A stretch of DNA of 64,000 nucleotides from an uncultured Alphaproteobacteria bacterium (lineage in GTDB: Bacteria; Pseudomonadota; Alphaproteobacteria; Rhizobiales; Beijerinckiaceae). The stretch spans positions 58,191 through 122,190 of the forward strand of contig CAVQZL010000021.1 of NCBI GenBank assembly GCA_963718265.1, given 5' to 3'. A program made the position numbers and the translations under genes. Below the pieces are notes generated by a model. It did no database searches and was not told where the DNA came from. It saw only the letters and a program-made list of their open reading frames with translations. Shown in pieces: positions 1 to 11,766 of the stretch. Within the stretch, counting starts at the first letter, position 1. Every line of letters starts with the position of its first letter.

Positions 1-888
1 ACGTTATAACTTATATAATTATTGCCCTGACCCTCGCTCGCGGGTTACCCGTCCGCGCGCAAACCCCGGCCACACTCCCGGTTGTGGCGACCTTCTCTAT
101 TCTCGCCGATTTCGCCCGCAACGTCGGCGGCGACCGGATCGACGTCACCGCGCTCGTTGGTCCCGATGGCGACACCCATGTCTACCAGCCAAAACCGGAG
201 GACGCGAAAGAACTCGGCGCGGCGCGGCTCATTGTGGTCAATGGGCTCGGTCTCGAAGGCTGGATCGATCGCCTGATCAAGGCGTCTGGCGCCAAGGAGC
301 CGGTGATTGTTGCAACGAAGGGCATAGATCCCCAACAAATGAACGAGGAGGGGCGCATCGGGTTAGACCCTCATGCCTGGCAGTCGATCGCCAATGCCAA
401 AATCTATGTCGTCAATATCCGCGACGGACTAATCGCCGCCGATCCGGCCGGAGAAGTCTGCCTATCGCGCCAATGCCGATAATTATCTCGGCAAGCTCGA
501 TGCGCTCGAAGTCGAGGTCAAGCGGGATATCGCCAAAATTCCGCCCGGCCGGCGGCAAATTATCACGACGCACGATGCCTTCGGCTATTTCGGCACGGCC
601 TATGGTTTCCGTTTTATCGCGCCAGAAGGTATTTCCACCGAGACCGAGGCGAGCGCCCGCGATGTCGCCAATATCATTCGCCAGATTGAGGCCCAAAATA
701 TTCCAGCGGTCTTTCTCGAAAACGTGACCGCCCCAAGGCTCGTGCGAAGCATTGCCGCTGAATCCGGCGCGAGGGTCGGCGGCACGCTTTATTCCGATGC
801 GCTTTCGCCGCCAGATGGCCCGGCTTCGACGTACCTCGACATGATGCGCAACAACGTTAGGGAGCTCTCCGCCGCGTTGGCGAAGTAG
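1..888 (+). CDS. Zn/Mn ABC transporter substrate-binding protein (ZnuA/TroA family), 5'-truncated by the window edge, frameshift near 452
   Basis: Frame open from the window edge. Motifs VVATFSIL, GDTHVYQP, NGLGLEGW, DPHAWQS; continues in another frame (THDAFGYF, LYSDALS, TYLDMMRNN) to TAG at 886-888. Confidence 0.85.
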
Positions 889-1017
889 CGGGCGGCCTTG
901 ACGCGCGCGTGCAACTCTAAGACAAGCTTGCCGGGAAAACCCATGGCTTGCGGCATCTGCCGCGCTTCACCATCGCGCGGGGCGCCGCGACCCGACGGCC
1001 CGCTACCGGAGTTTTGC

Positions 1018-2028
1018 ATGGCTGAAAAAATTCCCGTCACCGTGCTCACCGGCTATCTCGGCGCCGGCAAGACGACGCTTTTAAACCGCATTCTTTCCGA
1101 GGACCACGGCCAGAAATTCGCGGTCATCGTCAATGAATTCGGCGAAATTGGCATCGACAACGATCTCGTCGTCGGCGCCGACGAGGAAGTATTCGAAATG
1201 AACAACGGCTGCATCTGCTGCACGGTGCGCGGCGATCTCATTCGCATCGTTGAAGGTTTGCTGAAGCGCAGGGGCAAGTTCGACGCGATCCTCGTCGAGA
1301 CGACAGGGCTTGCCGATCCCGCGCCGGTGGCGCAGACCTTTTTTGTTGATGCCGATGTGCGCGATGCCGCTAGGCTCGATGCGGTCGTCACCGTCGCCGA
1401 CGCCAAATGGCTTTGCGAACGGCTCAAGGACGCGCCGGAGGCCAAGAACCAGATTGCCTTCGCCGATGTGATCATCCTCAACAAGACCGATCTCGTCGGC
1501 GCGGATGAACTTCGCGAAGTGGAGGCGCGTATTCGCGCGATAAACCCCTATGCAACTCTGCACAAGACCGTGAATTGCGCGGTAGCTCTCGAAGCGGTGC
1601 TCGGCCGCAATGCCTTCGACTTGCAGCGCATCCTCGAAATCGAGCCGGAATTTCTTGACGGCGAGGACCAGCATGACCATCACGATGCCCACGGTGATCA
1701 CGAGGCCCACGCGCTAAAACATTATCATGACGAAGACATGCAATCTGTGTCTCTATCATTTGAGGGCGATGTCGATCCGGAAAAATTCATGCCATGGCTG
1801 CAAGACTATGTGCAAAAGGAGGGCGCGTCGATCTTGCGCGCGAAAGGCATACTCGCATTCAAGAACGAGCCAAGGCGTTTCGTCTTCCAGGGGGTGCATA
1901 TGCTTCTCGACGGCGATTTCCAGCGTGAGTGGAAGCTGCAGGAAAATCGCGTGAGCAAACTCGTTTTCATCGGCCGCAATTTGAAAAAGGATGAGATTAC
2001 TCAGGGCTTCTTGGGCTGCGCGGCGTGA
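1018..2028 (+). CDS. COG0523/CobW-family P-loop GTPase metallochaperone (ZigA/YeiR-like)
   Basis: GYLGAGKTT Walker A, NEFGE, GCICC metal motif, [12 protein letters not shown], His-rich linker, CobW_C tail (FQGVH...LVFIGR). Confidence 0.92.
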   Translation: MAEKIPVTVLTGYLGAGKTTLLNRILSEDHGQKFAVIVNEFGEIGIDNDLVVGADEEVFEMNNGCICCTVRGDLIRIVEGLLKRRGKFDAILVETTGLADPAPVAQTFFVDADVRDAARLDAVVTVADAKWLCERLKDAPEAKNQIAFADVIILNKTDLVGADELREVEARIRAINPYATLHKTVNCAVALEAVLGRNAFDLQRILEIEPEFLDGEDQHDHHDAHGDHEAHALKHYHDEDMQSVSLSFEGDVDPEKFMPWLQDYVQKEGASILRAKGILAFKNEPRRFVFQGVHMLLDGDFQREWKLQENRVSKLVFIGRNLKKDEITQGFLGCAA

Positions 2029-2073
2029 CGCTTGAAGCGATGCCGCAGCCTACAAGCACAAAAGAATAAGATT

Positions 2074-3075
2074 ATGGCCGCCACCTCGCTAACCGCCCAT
2101 GTCACGCCGCTCGACGCCGGCGCGCCAGTCGCCGCGGCGGCTTTTCTTGGGCAAGTTCCAGCACTTGCACTCGAAGACGGTACCGTGCTGCTCGCTGCGT
2201 CCGGGTCCAAACAGCGCATCGCGGCGCATCCTGATGCTACCATTCTTGTTGCCGTCGCGGCGGGTGACAAATTTATTACCGGCGGCGATGATGGCCGTGT
2301 GGTGGCGGTCTCGGCCGATGGCGGCGTTCAAGAAATCGCGGACGAAAAAGGCAAATGGATCGACGCGCTCGCCGCGCGAGATGATGGCGCAATTGCGTGG
2401 TCAAGCGGTAAGAATGTCCGCGCGCGCGATCCCGCCGGCGGCATAAAATCCTTTGCTGGCGCCGTCGAGCGTACGCGGGCTCGCCTTCATGCCGAAAGGT
2501 TTTCGGATCGCGATCGCCCATTACGATGGCGCGAGCCTTTGGTTTCCAAACGCCGCCGCGCCGCCGGACCTCTTCAAATGGAAGGGCTCGCATCTTTCCA
2601 TAACGGCGTCTCCGGACGGGCGTTTTCTCGTGACGTCCATGCAAGAAAACGCGCTGCATGCCTGGCGCACCGCCGACAAGAAGGACATGCGCATGAGCGG
2701 CTATCCGGCGAAAACGCGCGTGCTGTCCTGGTCATTCGATGGCTATTGGCTGGCGACGTCGGGTGCGGATGCTGCGATTATTTGGCCGTTCAAGGACAAG
2801 GACGGGCCGATCAACAAGGCCCCGCTCGAATGCGGGGTAAGAAGCGCCAAAGTCACCTGCGTCGCGTTTCATCCGAAATCGCTTGTCGTGGCGCAGGGTT
2901 ATGAGGACGGGCTTTTGCTGCTTTGCCGAATCCCCGATGGCGCCGAGATTTCTTGTGCGCGCTTCGCCCGAGGGCGGGGGGGCGATTAGCGCGCTTGCCT
3001 GGGATCGTGCCGGCGGCCGGCTTTTGTTCGGCGCGGCGGATGGCGCCGCGGGTCTCCTCGCCATGCCCGGGATAA
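2074..3075 (+). CDS. WD40-repeat protein (frameshifts near 2455, 2950 and possibly 3070)
   Basis: Pieces in three frames (ITGGDDG, WKGSHLSITASPDGRFLVT, LSWSFDGYWLATSG, ISALAWD). This is the usual partner downstream of COG0523. End is approximate. Confidence 0.75.
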
Positions 3076-3085
3076 GTTTCCGTGG

Positions 3086-3317
3086 ATGGATGCCCGTATT
3101 TGCGAGCTCGTGCGCTATCGCTGGCAAGACGTTAGGCAGGAGGACAACTTGGGCGGGCCTGCGGCTCTTCAGCTCTTTGCCCCTGCGGCTGGCAATGTCG
3201 CGAAACTTCCGGGTCCGAAGTGTGCTCTCGGGCACGCATTTCGTCGCAGATGTGACGGCCGGCGTTGGCGCAGTAGTTCATGATTATTTGGCGCAATGCC
3301 AAGAGGCGCCGGTCTAA
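3086..3317 (+). pseudogene. C-terminal remnant of acetoacetate decarboxylase-like gene
   Basis: RICELVRY...GPAALQLF in one frame and VLSGTHFVADVTAGVGAVVHDYL in another resemble the Adc C-terminus. No N-terminal part is present. Confidence 0.65.
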
Positions 3318-3384
3318 TTCCCTTCCCTCCCGACGGAGCCCGCGCAACGAAAATGCGGCGGCTTCTGAAGCACGCACCGGCGCA

Positions 3385-4005
3385 CTATACAAACCGGCCG
3401 GCAAATCCCCGCATGGCCTTGACCCAATCCCGCGCGCGTTGCTCGGGGTCGGCGTTCCGGGAAATATCGGTGACAACGGCCGCGCTGTCCGCTCCGGCTT
3501 GTAACACTCCGGCGGCCCGCTCTAGCGTGATCCCGCCGATCGCAACGAGGGGTATGCTGCCGGTTTTCGTCTTCCATTCCGTGATGCGGAGCAAGCCCTG
3601 CGGTGCGAAGGCCATTTGCTTCAGGATCGTCGGATAGATCGGCCCTAGCGCGATATAATCCGGTTCTGTTTCGAGCGCCCGCGAGAGCTCGGCTTCGTCA
3701 TGCGTGGAGACGCCGAATTTGATCCCCGCGCGGCGGATCGCCCAAAGGTCCGCGGCGTCGAGATCGCCCTGTCCGAGGTGAACAAAATCGCAGCCGGTAC
3801 CGATCGCTTGTTGCCAATAATCATTGACAATGAGTTGCGCGCCATGGCGCTCGCAAAGCGCCTTTGATTTTTCGATTTCGGCGCGGATTGTACTGTCCGG
3901 TTTATCCTTGATCCGCAATTGCACGAGTTTTACACCGCACGGCAAAAGCCGCGCGAGCCACTCCGCACTGTCGACAATCAAATAGAAAGGATCAAGCACG
4001 CGCAA
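3385..4005 (-). CDS. thiE: Thiamine-phosphate synthase
   Basis: [41 protein letters not shown]. Confidence 0.95.
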   Translation of the reverse strand: MRVLDPFYLIVDSAEWLARLLPCGVKLVQLRIKDKPDSTIRAEIEKSKALCERHGAQLIVNDYWQQAIGTGCDFVHLGQGDLDAADLWAIRRAGIKFGVSTHDEAELSRALETEPDYIALGPIYPTILKQMAFAPQGLLRITEWKTKTGSIPLVAIGGITLERAAGVLQAGADSAAVVTDISRNADPEQRARDWVKAMRGFAGRFV

Positions 4006-4801
4006 GATCGCCGAACGCGCGTCCGATCACCGGGGTCGAGGGTGCCGCCATGTCTCGCGCTTGCATCAAATCGGCCAGGAACCCGATCCGGCCGGCTTCG
4101 ACCGCGAGCGCAAATGCGCGGGCCATTTTTACGGGATCGCCTGCCTTGGCGATCGCGGTGTTCGTGAGCACCGCGTCAAAACCCATTTCCATCGCCGCCG
4201 CCGCATGCGAGGGCGCGCCGATCCCAGCATCGACGATGAGCGGCACATTGGGAAAATGCGCGCGCAGCGATTTTAGCGCATAGGGGTTGTTGAGACCGCG
4301 CCCCGATCCGATCGGCGATCCCCAAGGCATCAAGACCTCGCAGCCCGCGGCAAGAAGCCTTTCCGCCGCGACAAGATCTTCGGTGGTATAAGGAAAAACT
4401 TGAAACCCTTCGCGGGTGAGAATCGACGCCGCCTCGACAAGCCCGAAGACATCGGGCTGCAGAGTGTCTTCCTCGCCGATGACTTCGAGCTTGATCCACG
4501 GCGTGTCGAAAACTTCGCGCGCCATTTGCGCGGTGGTGATCGCTTCCTTCACGCTCCGGCACCCGGCGGTATTGGGCATAACCCGGACGCCAAGGTCGCG
4601 GATCAGCGACCAGAAGCGTTCGCCAGCGCGGCTACCTCCGGACTCGCGCCTGAGCGATACCGTCACGATTTCGGCCTTGGCCGCCGCGATGGCGCGGGAA
4701 AGTATCGCGGGTGAGGGATATTGCGCGGTTCCGGCCAGCAGCCGCGAGGAGAATTCGACGCCGTAGAGGGTTAGACGGTCGCCGCGCGTGTCAGTCTCCA
4801 T
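3992..4801 (-). CDS. thiG: Thiazole synthase
   Basis: [45 protein letters not shown]. Confidence 0.97.
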   Translation of the reverse strand: METDTRGDRLTLYGVEFSSRLLAGTAQYPSPAILSRAIAAAKAEIVTVSLRRESGGSRAGERFWSLIRDLGVRVMPNTAGCRSVKEAITTAQMAREVFDTPWIKLEVIGEEDTLQPDVFGLVEAASILTREGFQVFPYTTEDLVAAERLLAAGCEVLMPWGSPIGSGRGLNNPYALKSLRAHFPNVPLIVDAGIGAPSHAAAAMEMGFDAVLTNTAIAKAGDPVKMARAFALAVEAGRIGFLADLMQARDMAAPSTPVIGRAFGDLARA

Positions 4802-4802
4802 G

Positions 4803-5000
4803 TCAGCCTCCCTGTCGCGGCACGAGAATCTCGACCGCGTCGCCCTCCTTCAATGGCGTTTTGCCGCGATCGGCCTTGCGGACGAAATTCTGATTGAGCG
4901 CGGTTGCGATGGCGCCATCCTCGTAATGAAGTTCCCGCAGCAGCGCGGCGAGTGTTGCCGCCGCGACGTCAAGCGCTTTGCCGTTCACATGGATGCGCAT
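4803..5000 (-). CDS. thiS: Sulfur carrier protein
   Basis: 65 aa, MRIHVNG...ATALN...EILVPRQGG with C-terminal GG; located between thiO and thiG. Confidence 0.95.
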   Translation of the reverse strand: MRIHVNGKALDVAAATLAALLRELHYEDGAIATALNQNFVRKADRGKTPLKEGDAVEILVPRQGG

Positions 5001-5975
5001 CCATGACCTCCGGAAAATAGGCGTCTTCGAGTACGGCTTGCACGGCCCTGCGTGCGAGCGCGGGCGCCAGTAAAAAGCCATGCCGGTAAAGGCCGTTGAC
5101 AATAAAGCTTGCGGCCATCGCGGCGGAGTTTTGGCAGATTGCCGGGAAATGCTGGCCGGATGCCAACGCCGGTCTCGACGATGTCCGCCTCTGCGAAAGC
5201 CGGATGCACGCAATAGGCGGCGCCAAGCAATTCCAACACCGCGCGCGCGGTGATCGGGCCAGGCTCCTCATTTTCGATCGTCGTTGCTCCAATCATGAAG
5301 CGCCCGCCGCCCCGCGGCACGATATAGACCGGATGGCGTGGATGCAGGAGCCGCACCGGCCGCGTCAGTGTGATCTCGCGGGTCAAGAGCACCAACATTT
5401 CGCCCTTGACGCCGCGCAAATCGGGACAGTGCGTCTTGTGCCGCGAGGCCGCGGCAATCGATCGTCCAATCGGCGCGCACTTGCTTCGCTGCGACTCCAT
5501 AGCGCAGCGCGACATTGTCGCAGCCGGCGAGGCGCGTAGCAAGTGCGGCCATCGCCGCGCGAGGATCGAGATGCGCTTCGAGCGGAAAGAACAAGGCCTC
5601 TTCGAAACGTCCCGCAAGATCGGGTTCGAGCGCCGCGATCCGCTCCGCGCCTATGTATTCAAATCCGCTCGTGCGGCGGGCAAAGCGGATGAGCTCGGGC
5701 CGGTCCCGCGCGGGCGCAACCACGAGCGTGCCTTGGCGTGTCGCGACGGGCACCCTTTCAGTCCAGAATTTTAGCGCTTCGAGGCCGAGATCGAGAATGA
5801 GCTTTTCCGTGCTTTCGGCCTCGCACCAGGGCGCCAGCATGCCCCCCGCGAAATAGGAACAGCCGAGACCCGGACCCTCGCGGCAATCGACGAGTTCGAC
5901 GTCGCAACCCGCGCGGGCAAACTCGAATGTGGCGGTCAAGCCAGCGATGCCGGCGCCCACAATTCGAATGCGCAT
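4969..5975 (-). CDS. thiO: Glycine oxidase (frameshifts near 5425 and 5100)
   Basis: IVGAGIAG FAD motif, AGGMLAP, LRGVKGE, YIVPR, GIRP and NGLYRHGFLLAP distributed over three frames. Confidence 0.9.
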
Positions 5976-6052
5976 GACTTTACCCTTTTGCATCGCGCAG
6001 CGCCCAAGCGAAAGCAGCACGAACGGGCAGGTTTCTGGAGGAGAACATCATG

Positions 6053-6158
6053 CGACCATCCCTACGCCAGTACGAGCTGGATCAGGTTCAAAGGGTCGCC
6101 GGGCCGCTTTCAAAAGCGCCGCCGGCCTCTCAGCCCCCTGCCGGGGATCCCCTAGGTT
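6053..6158 (-). ncRNA. TPP riboswitch
   Basis: Minus strand reads AGGGGATCCCC..GGGGCTGAGA...ACCCTTTGAACCTGATCCAG..TACTGGCGTAGGGA, directly upstream of thiO. Confidence 0.93.
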
Positions 6159-6297
6159 CTCGCTAATTTAACTAATCCTCGGGACGGCTTGCGTCAAGGC
6201 GCTTAGATCTTGGCATGGAGTTGCGGCCGTGGGCTTCCCTTGTGTTTTGATCCCGGCTATGGAAGCGCAACGGGCACTTCCTTTGACCGAAACCACC

Positions 6298-6819
6298 ATG
6301 AAAGCCGTTTACGTCTTCAATGGGCCGAATCTCAATCTCCTTGGCGTACGAGAACCGGAAACCTATGGCCTTGCGACTCTCGCGGACATTGAGGCCCGTC
6401 TTTCGGCGCGCTGCAAACCGCGGGGAATCGTGTTGCACTTCCGCCAATCGAACCATGAGGGCGACCTCGTGACCTGGGTGCAGGAAGCGGGCCGCGCCGG
6501 CGAGCCGGTGATCTTGAATGCGGGGGCGTATTCGCATACATCGATCGCGCTTTGCGACGCGATCAAGGCGGCGAAGACAGAAGTGATCGAGGTGCATCTT
6601 TCGAACATCCACGCGAGGGAGGAATTTCGCCACCGGTCCCTGATCTCTCCTGTCGCGCTTGGCGTCATTCTGGGGTTTGGTGCAACCTCTTACGATCTCG
6701 CGCTCGAAGTATTTCTTGGCCGGATGGAAGCGGCAAGTAACCGACCTTTTCGAAAGCAAATCTTGAAATCAGTTAGTCGTGCACAGAAACTTCGCGTGCA
6801 ACGGCGCAAACGAGTGTAG
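6298..6819 (+). CDS. aroQ: Type II 3-dehydroquinate dehydratase
   Basis: NGPNLNLLGVREPETYG, QSNHEG, NAGAYSHTS, EVHLSNIHAREEFRH. Confidence 0.95.
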   Translation: MKAVYVFNGPNLNLLGVREPETYGLATLADIEARLSARCKPRGIVLHFRQSNHEGDLVTWVQEAGRAGEPVILNAGAYSHTSIALCDAIKAAKTEVIEVHLSNIHAREEFRHRSLISPVALGVILGFGATSYDLALEVFLGRMEAASNRPFRKQILKSVSRAQKLRVQRRKRV

Positions 6820-6825
6820 AAAAAG

Positions 6826-7293
6826 ATGAAATATCCGGAGCCAAAAACGGACGAAAGCCCGGCCGCGGCCGCCATCGACACGGAACTGGTCGAGATCCTG
6901 GGGCACCTCGTAACCCGTCTCGGGCTCTCCGAAATTGAAGTTGCGCAGGGCGATTTCAAGATCCGCGTCGCGCGGCAGCTTTCCGCCGCGGTTGTCCAGC
7001 AGGCCGTGGCCCCGCCGCAGGCCGTCGCGACGAGCGCGCCAAAGGCTCCGGTCGACGGTCCGGGCACGGTAAAGTCTCCGATGGTCGGAACCGTTTATTT
7101 GCGTTCCTCGGCGGAGGCCGCCCCGTTTGTCGAGGTCGGCGCGCGGGTGAGGACTGGCGACAAAGTTCTTCTTGTCGAGGCGATGAAAACCTTCAACGAG
7201 ATCGTCGCTCCACTGGCCGGCACGGTGATGGGCATTCTGGTCGAGGACGGTCAGCCAGTCGAATATGGCCAACCGCTGCTCGTGATCGAATAA
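6826..7293 (+). CDS. accB: Acetyl-CoA carboxylase biotin carboxyl carrier protein
   Basis: SPMVGT, EAMKTFNEI biotinylation motif, PVEYGQPL. Confidence 0.96.
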   Translation: MKYPEPKTDESPAAAAIDTELVEILGHLVTRLGLSEIEVAQGDFKIRVARQLSAAVVQQAVAPPQAVATSAPKAPVDGPGTVKSPMVGTVYLRSSAEAAPFVEVGARVRTGDKVLLVEAMKTFNEIVAPLAGTVMGILVEDGQPVEYGQPLLVIE

Positions 7294-7299
7294 GGCCGG

Positions 7300-7404
7300 C
7301 TAGACCATGATCGCTTCAAGATGAATCGCTGATGGTCTCACCTTCTTTGATTTGACGCATGAACTTATCCAAAAAGTCTGCAACTTTTTGGGATCGTGCT
7401 CTGG
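7300..7404. repeat. Rhizobiales RIME/Bru-RS-like palindromic intergenic element
   Basis: Imperfect terminal inverted repeat CTAGACCATGATC / GATCGTGCTCTGG and internal palindrome TCCAAAAAGT..ACTTTTTGGGA. Confidence 0.6.
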
Positions 7405-7417
7405 CCGGTGGACTGAC

Positions 7418-8779
7418 ATGTTCGAAAAAATTCTTATCGCCAATCGCGGCGAAATCGCTTTACGGATTTTGCGCGCGGCCAAGGAACTCGGCATCGCGAC
7501 GGTCGCGGTCCATTCGACGGCTGACGCCGATGCGATGCATGTGAAGCTCGCCGACGAATCGGTTTGCATCGGGCCGCCGCCGGCGCGCGATTCCTATCTC
7601 AACATCCCCGCGCTTCTCGGAGCTTGCGAAATCACCGGCACCGAAGCCCTGCACCCCGGCTACGGTTTTCTTGCCGAGAACGCAAGGTTTGCGGAGATTC
7701 TCGCTGATCATCACATAGTTTTCATCGGTCCCAAGCCGGAGCACATCAGGCTCATGGGCGATAAGATCGAGGCCAAATCGTCGGCACTCCGGCTCGGCAT
7801 TCCCTGCGTGCCTGGCTCGCCCGGCGCGGTCACCAGCGACAAGGAGGCGGCGGCCATCGCCCGGACGCTTGGTTTTCCGATCCTCGTAAAGGCAGCGGCG
7901 GGCGGCGGCGGACGCGGCATGAAAGTCGCCCGCACCGCGAACGAACTTCCGGTCGCGCTCGAAATGGCGCGGCTCGAGGCAAAAGCGGCCTTCGGCGACG
8001 ACTCGGTCTATCTCGAAAAATTTCTCGAAAAGCCGCGCCATATCGAAATCCAGATACTTGGCGACGGCGACGGCAAGGCTATTCATCTCGGCGAACGTGA
8101 TTGCTCGTTGCAGCGCCGGAACCAGAAAGTCTGGGAAGAAAGCCCTTCCCCCGCACTAAACGCGTCGCAGCGCTTGGAAATCGGCGAAGTTTGCGCAAAT
8201 GCAATGCGCGAACTTGGTTATGCCAGCGTCGGCACCATCGAGTTTCTCTACGAAAACGGCAAATTTTATTTCATCGAGATGAACACAAGGATTCAGGTCG
8301 AGCATCCGGTGACCGAAATGATCACCGGAGTCGATCTCGTCAATGAGCAGATCAGAATTGCCGCTGGTTCCCCCTTAACGTTGACCCAGAAGGAAGTCGT
8401 GTTTCAGGGACATGCGATCGAATGCAGGATCAATGCCGAACATTCCGCGTCCTTCCGCCCTTCGCCGGGCAAGATCGCCTATTACCATCCGCCAGGCGGT
8501 CTTGGCGTGCGAGTTGATAGCGCGGTCTATGCCGGGTACTCGATTCCGCCAAACTATGATTCGCTTGTCGGCAAGCTCATCGTACACGGGCGCAACCGCA
8601 ATGAAGCGCTGATGCGGCTTCGCCGCGCGCTCGATGAATTCATCGTCGACGGCATCGATACGACAATTCCTTTGTTCCAAACATTGGTGCGCAACGGCGA
8701 CATCCAAAATGGGCTCTACGACATTCATTGGCTGGAGAGGTTTCTTGCGCTGGGCGGGATGGGCGAGGACTCCGTGTGA
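7418..8779 (+). CDS. accC: Biotin carboxylase
   Basis: [47 protein letters not shown]. Confidence 0.97.
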   Translation: MFEKILIANRGEIALRILRAAKELGIATVAVHSTADADAMHVKLADESVCIGPPPARDSYLNIPALLGACEITGTEALHPGYGFLAENARFAEILADHHIVFIGPKPEHIRLMGDKIEAKSSALRLGIPCVPGSPGAVTSDKEAAAIARTLGFPILVKAAAGGGGRGMKVARTANELPVALEMARLEAKAAFGDDSVYLEKFLEKPRHIEIQILGDGDGKAIHLGERDCSLQRRNQKVWEESPSPALNASQRLEIGEVCANAMRELGYASVGTIEFLYENGKFYFIEMNTRIQVEHPVTEMITGVDLVNEQIRIAAGSPLTLTQKEVVFQGHAIECRINAEHSASFRPSPGKIAYYHPPGGLGVRVDSAVYAGYSIPPNYDSLVGKLIVHGRNRNEALMRLRRALDEFIVDGIDTTIPLFQTLVRNGDIQNGLYDIHWLERFLALGGMGEDSV

Positions 8780-8885
8780 GGGTCGCCAGATGACCACGGA
8801 AGCACGAGCTTGAGACCCAGAGAGGGGAGGCTTTTTGGGCGAGATCGTGCGAGCAAGCAAAAGACGGAGAGATGGCACAAAAAAC

Positions 8886-8959
8886 TGGAGCGGGTGAAGG
8901 GAATTGAACCCTCGTATTCAGCTTGGAAGGCTGCTGCTCTACCATTGAGCTACACCCGC
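8886..8959 (-). tRNA. tRNA-Gly(TCC)
   Basis: Reverse complement GCGGGTGTAGCTCAATGGTAGAGCAGCAGCCTTCCAAGCTGAATACGAGGGTTCAATTCCCTTCACCCGCTCCA; 74 nt, anticodon TCC, encoded CCA. Confidence 0.97.
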
Positions 8960-9287
8960 GAAGCCGTCTCGCCCGGCTTCGGGAGACCACACTAGGACAC
9001 TCCTGGCAAATTCGAGCGGCGCCGAACCTATAAGGCAAATCCGCACTCCGTCAAAGCAAAGTGGAATCCGTTTCTGTCCATTGCCTCACTCCCACCAAAC
9101 ATTTAATTGATTGATCGTCACCAAAGCGACATTCCAAAAAAACGGTAAGCCACGCGGTTCACTACAATCACTGCAGACTTGGCTGGGCGTTCAAAAAATT
9201 TGGGGTTGCAAACGGTAGCCTTGGTGACTTAAGTCAATGCTTAACTCACTTCGTGTTTAGAGCGTGTCTCAAAATGTAACAAACTAA

Positions 9288-9399
9288 GCCCTGATGCTGA
9301 TAAAGTCCGAAGGACCCGTGTCGAAGCACAAGGGCGCCCCGAAAGCCGTGTGGCCCATCCTTTGAGACGCTTGCTTCGCAAGCACGTCAGGATAAGGGG
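9288..9399. repeat. Degenerate inverted pair of alphaproteobacterial CCTCATCCTGAGG...TCTCGAAGGATG-type repeats
   Basis: CCCTGATGCTGA...GTGTCGAAGCA faces CATCCTTTGAGACGC...TCAGGATAAGGG. Confidence 0.5.
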
Positions 9400-9447
9400 C
9401 TTTTGATACAGGCTCTTAGCAAAAGGTCATGCATGAGGAACAACGTC

Positions 9448-11377
9448 ATGAAGCGTTTTGCGATGTTGGGCTTGACAATATTCGCGGCAATAGCGGTCCC
9501 ACTAGCCCCCGCCGTTGCAGTGAATCTGGCGGTTTCGACCTACCATTACGACGCTCTGCGCACCGGCTGGAACAGCAAAGAAACCACGCTGACCACGGCA
9601 AATGTCGGGCCCAGCACATTTGGCGTGCTCTTCCAGATCGGGCTTGATGAACAAGTCGACGCACAACCCCTCGTCGTTCCAAACCAACAGATTACCGCCG
9701 GTTCCTCGCCGGGGACGTATGAGGTCGTTTATGTGGCCACCGAGGGCAATACTGTCTACGCGATCAATTCGGCCAATGGCAGCGTGCTCGTTAAGAGAAA
9801 CCTCGGAACTGCGGTTCTAAACCCGCTGAGTTGCGGCACGAATAGTCTGCATGTGGGAATCAAGGGCACTCCGGTTATCGATGTGGTAGGGCAAACAATT
9901 TATGTCATCGCCTATACATTGATAAGCGGGACCCCAACCTATCAGCTTTTTGCCCTCAATCTGAAAAATTTGACCGACAGAACTCCGCCAGTCACGATTG
10001 CTGCGTCGCACAAATTGAGCGATGGCACCACCTATACTTTCAACGCCGCATATCAACGGCAGCGGCCGGCGCTGCTCGGAATATCCGGCATTATATATGC
10101 CGGATTTGGCAGTTTTTGCGATTTCAACGCCGATCAGTCGCGTGGCTGGCTTTTGGGATGGCATGCGAGCACGCTGACGCCCCTTGCGGCGAATGAGTTG
10201 ACCGACACGCTCCCCGCGGTGACGGGGGGCTTTTTCTTATCCTCCATTTGGATGTCTGGCTATGGCATAGCCGCCGACCCCACGGGGAATTTGTTTTTTT
10301 CGACCGGAAATTCCGCGACGGGCACCTATGATGGCGTCCGCAATATTCAAGAGAGCGTGGTGAAGCTCGACCCGCAACTCGGAAATCTTCTCGACCTATT
10401 CACCCCGTCGAACGAAAATTCTTTGGACGCAGCAGATGAAGACGTTTCGGCTGGGGGCGTGCTCGTTCTGCCGCCTCAGCCTGGTCCGTTTCCGAATCTG
10501 GCGGTGGCCACCGCCAAATCCGGAAATATGTATTTGCTCAATCGCGACAATCTGGGCGGGTTTACGCCGGGCGGCCCCGACAAGGTCCTCGACACAAAAA
10601 CCATCGGGCCTTGCTGGTGCGGGCCGTCCTATTTCACCGGTTCGGGCGGGGTCGGGCGGGTCGTCAGCAGCGGCTGCAGCGGCTGCACTACCACCAGCCT
10701 CGCGTCACTCGCCCAAATCACGGTCTGGAAGGTTCAGACCTCGCCCACGGTTGCCTTTGTCCAGGAAGGGGCGGCGTTGCCGGTCGCCAGCGGCCAGGAT
10801 GGCGGAACCTTTACGGCGGTTTCGTCGAACGGCGCAATGGCCGGGACCACGGTCATCTGGGCAACCTCAAGACCGGTCGAGTTCCAACCCTGCCGCGGTC
10901 AATCTTTATGCCTTCAGTGCGGCGCCTTCGGGTGGCACGCTGCCGTTGCTGTATACCTCGCGGGCGGGGTCATGGCCCAACACCGGCGCCAACGCCAATA
11001 TCGTGCCGGTCGTGGCGAATGGAAAGGTCTATGTGGCGAGCAACAAGCAGCTGACGATTTTCGGCCTCGGCGGGCATTTGTTCGGGGCGAGCGCGGCCGC
11101 CGCGGCCGGGCCGGCGGCGAGCCTTCCCCAAGACTCTCCGCATCAAGTGACGGGGATTCTTCAACCGGCCGCTGGTACTGGGCTCGCGCTGCGGACGCGG
11201 ACCGGTGAAATCGCGCGGGTCGACGATTCGGAAGCTCTCCACAGGGAGCACACCGGCGTCCTGGTGTCCGGGAAAGCTTACACGGCGCAGGGAACCTATG
11301 ATTCGACCGGTGCGCTGCATGCAAATACTGTCGCGCGGGCCAAGGGTTCGCCCGCACTTTGGCCGCCGGATCGCTGA
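9448..11377 (+). CDS. Secreted PQQ-type beta-propeller-like protein, copy 1 (frameshift near 10882)
   Basis: GAGGA RBS, signal peptide, TYHYDALRTGWN..ETTLT, VDAQPLVV, GIKGTPVID, QRQRPAL, IWMSG, PVVANGKVYVA, C-terminal ARAKGSPALWPPDR. Confidence 0.75.
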
Positions 11378-11411
11378 CGCGACCCACCCGCGTCGCGGCG
11401 GGGCGAGCGGC
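10098..11411 (+). repeat. Long near-identical inverted repeat, arm 1 (pairs with 24453-25765)
   Basis: Direct comparison with the reverse complement of 24453-25765 showed only a few substitutions and two 1-nt indels. The repeat extends about 34 bp past the stop codon. Confidence 0.92.
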
Positions 11412-11766
11412 GAGACAACAAAGCCTCGTGCGGAAAGTCGTCGGCACCAGCGATTGCAGCAGACATTTTGACCGGGGCAGAGCCAGGTGCGAGATCGCTC
11501 CGGCAGTGGCCGAGGACTGCGAGCTGATTTGCGGCAGCGGATACCGTGTCTGGCCGTTCAGAAACGATTATCGTAGACCTGAGAAACCCTGGGATTTTCC
11601 ACGCGGGCGGCTGAGCCATGAGGGACAACTCACTCCGTTCAGACCAAGGAATCCTTGCGCAATTCGAGAAATCGCAATCTTGCCTTTTCGGACACTCCAA
11701 TGGCAATGCTCTTTCAAATGAGTCTGACCGGCGGTAGCACTGTCGCATGCGCGAGGTTCGATTTTC

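Noticed and set aside
1-20. Zur-box-like GTTATAAC palindrome
   Set aside because: Truncated by the window edge and within the open signal-peptide frame; only half of a Zur consensus.
9290-9330. Hammerhead-like CTGAT..GTCCGAAGGAC
   Set aside because: The core is not CUGANGA and no GAAA follows the stem; better explained as a degenerate intergenic repeat.
8886-11411. tRNA-Gly as an island integration site
   Set aside because: Accessory DNA lies on the tRNA 5' side, no duplicated 3' end was found, and there is no integrase in the window.
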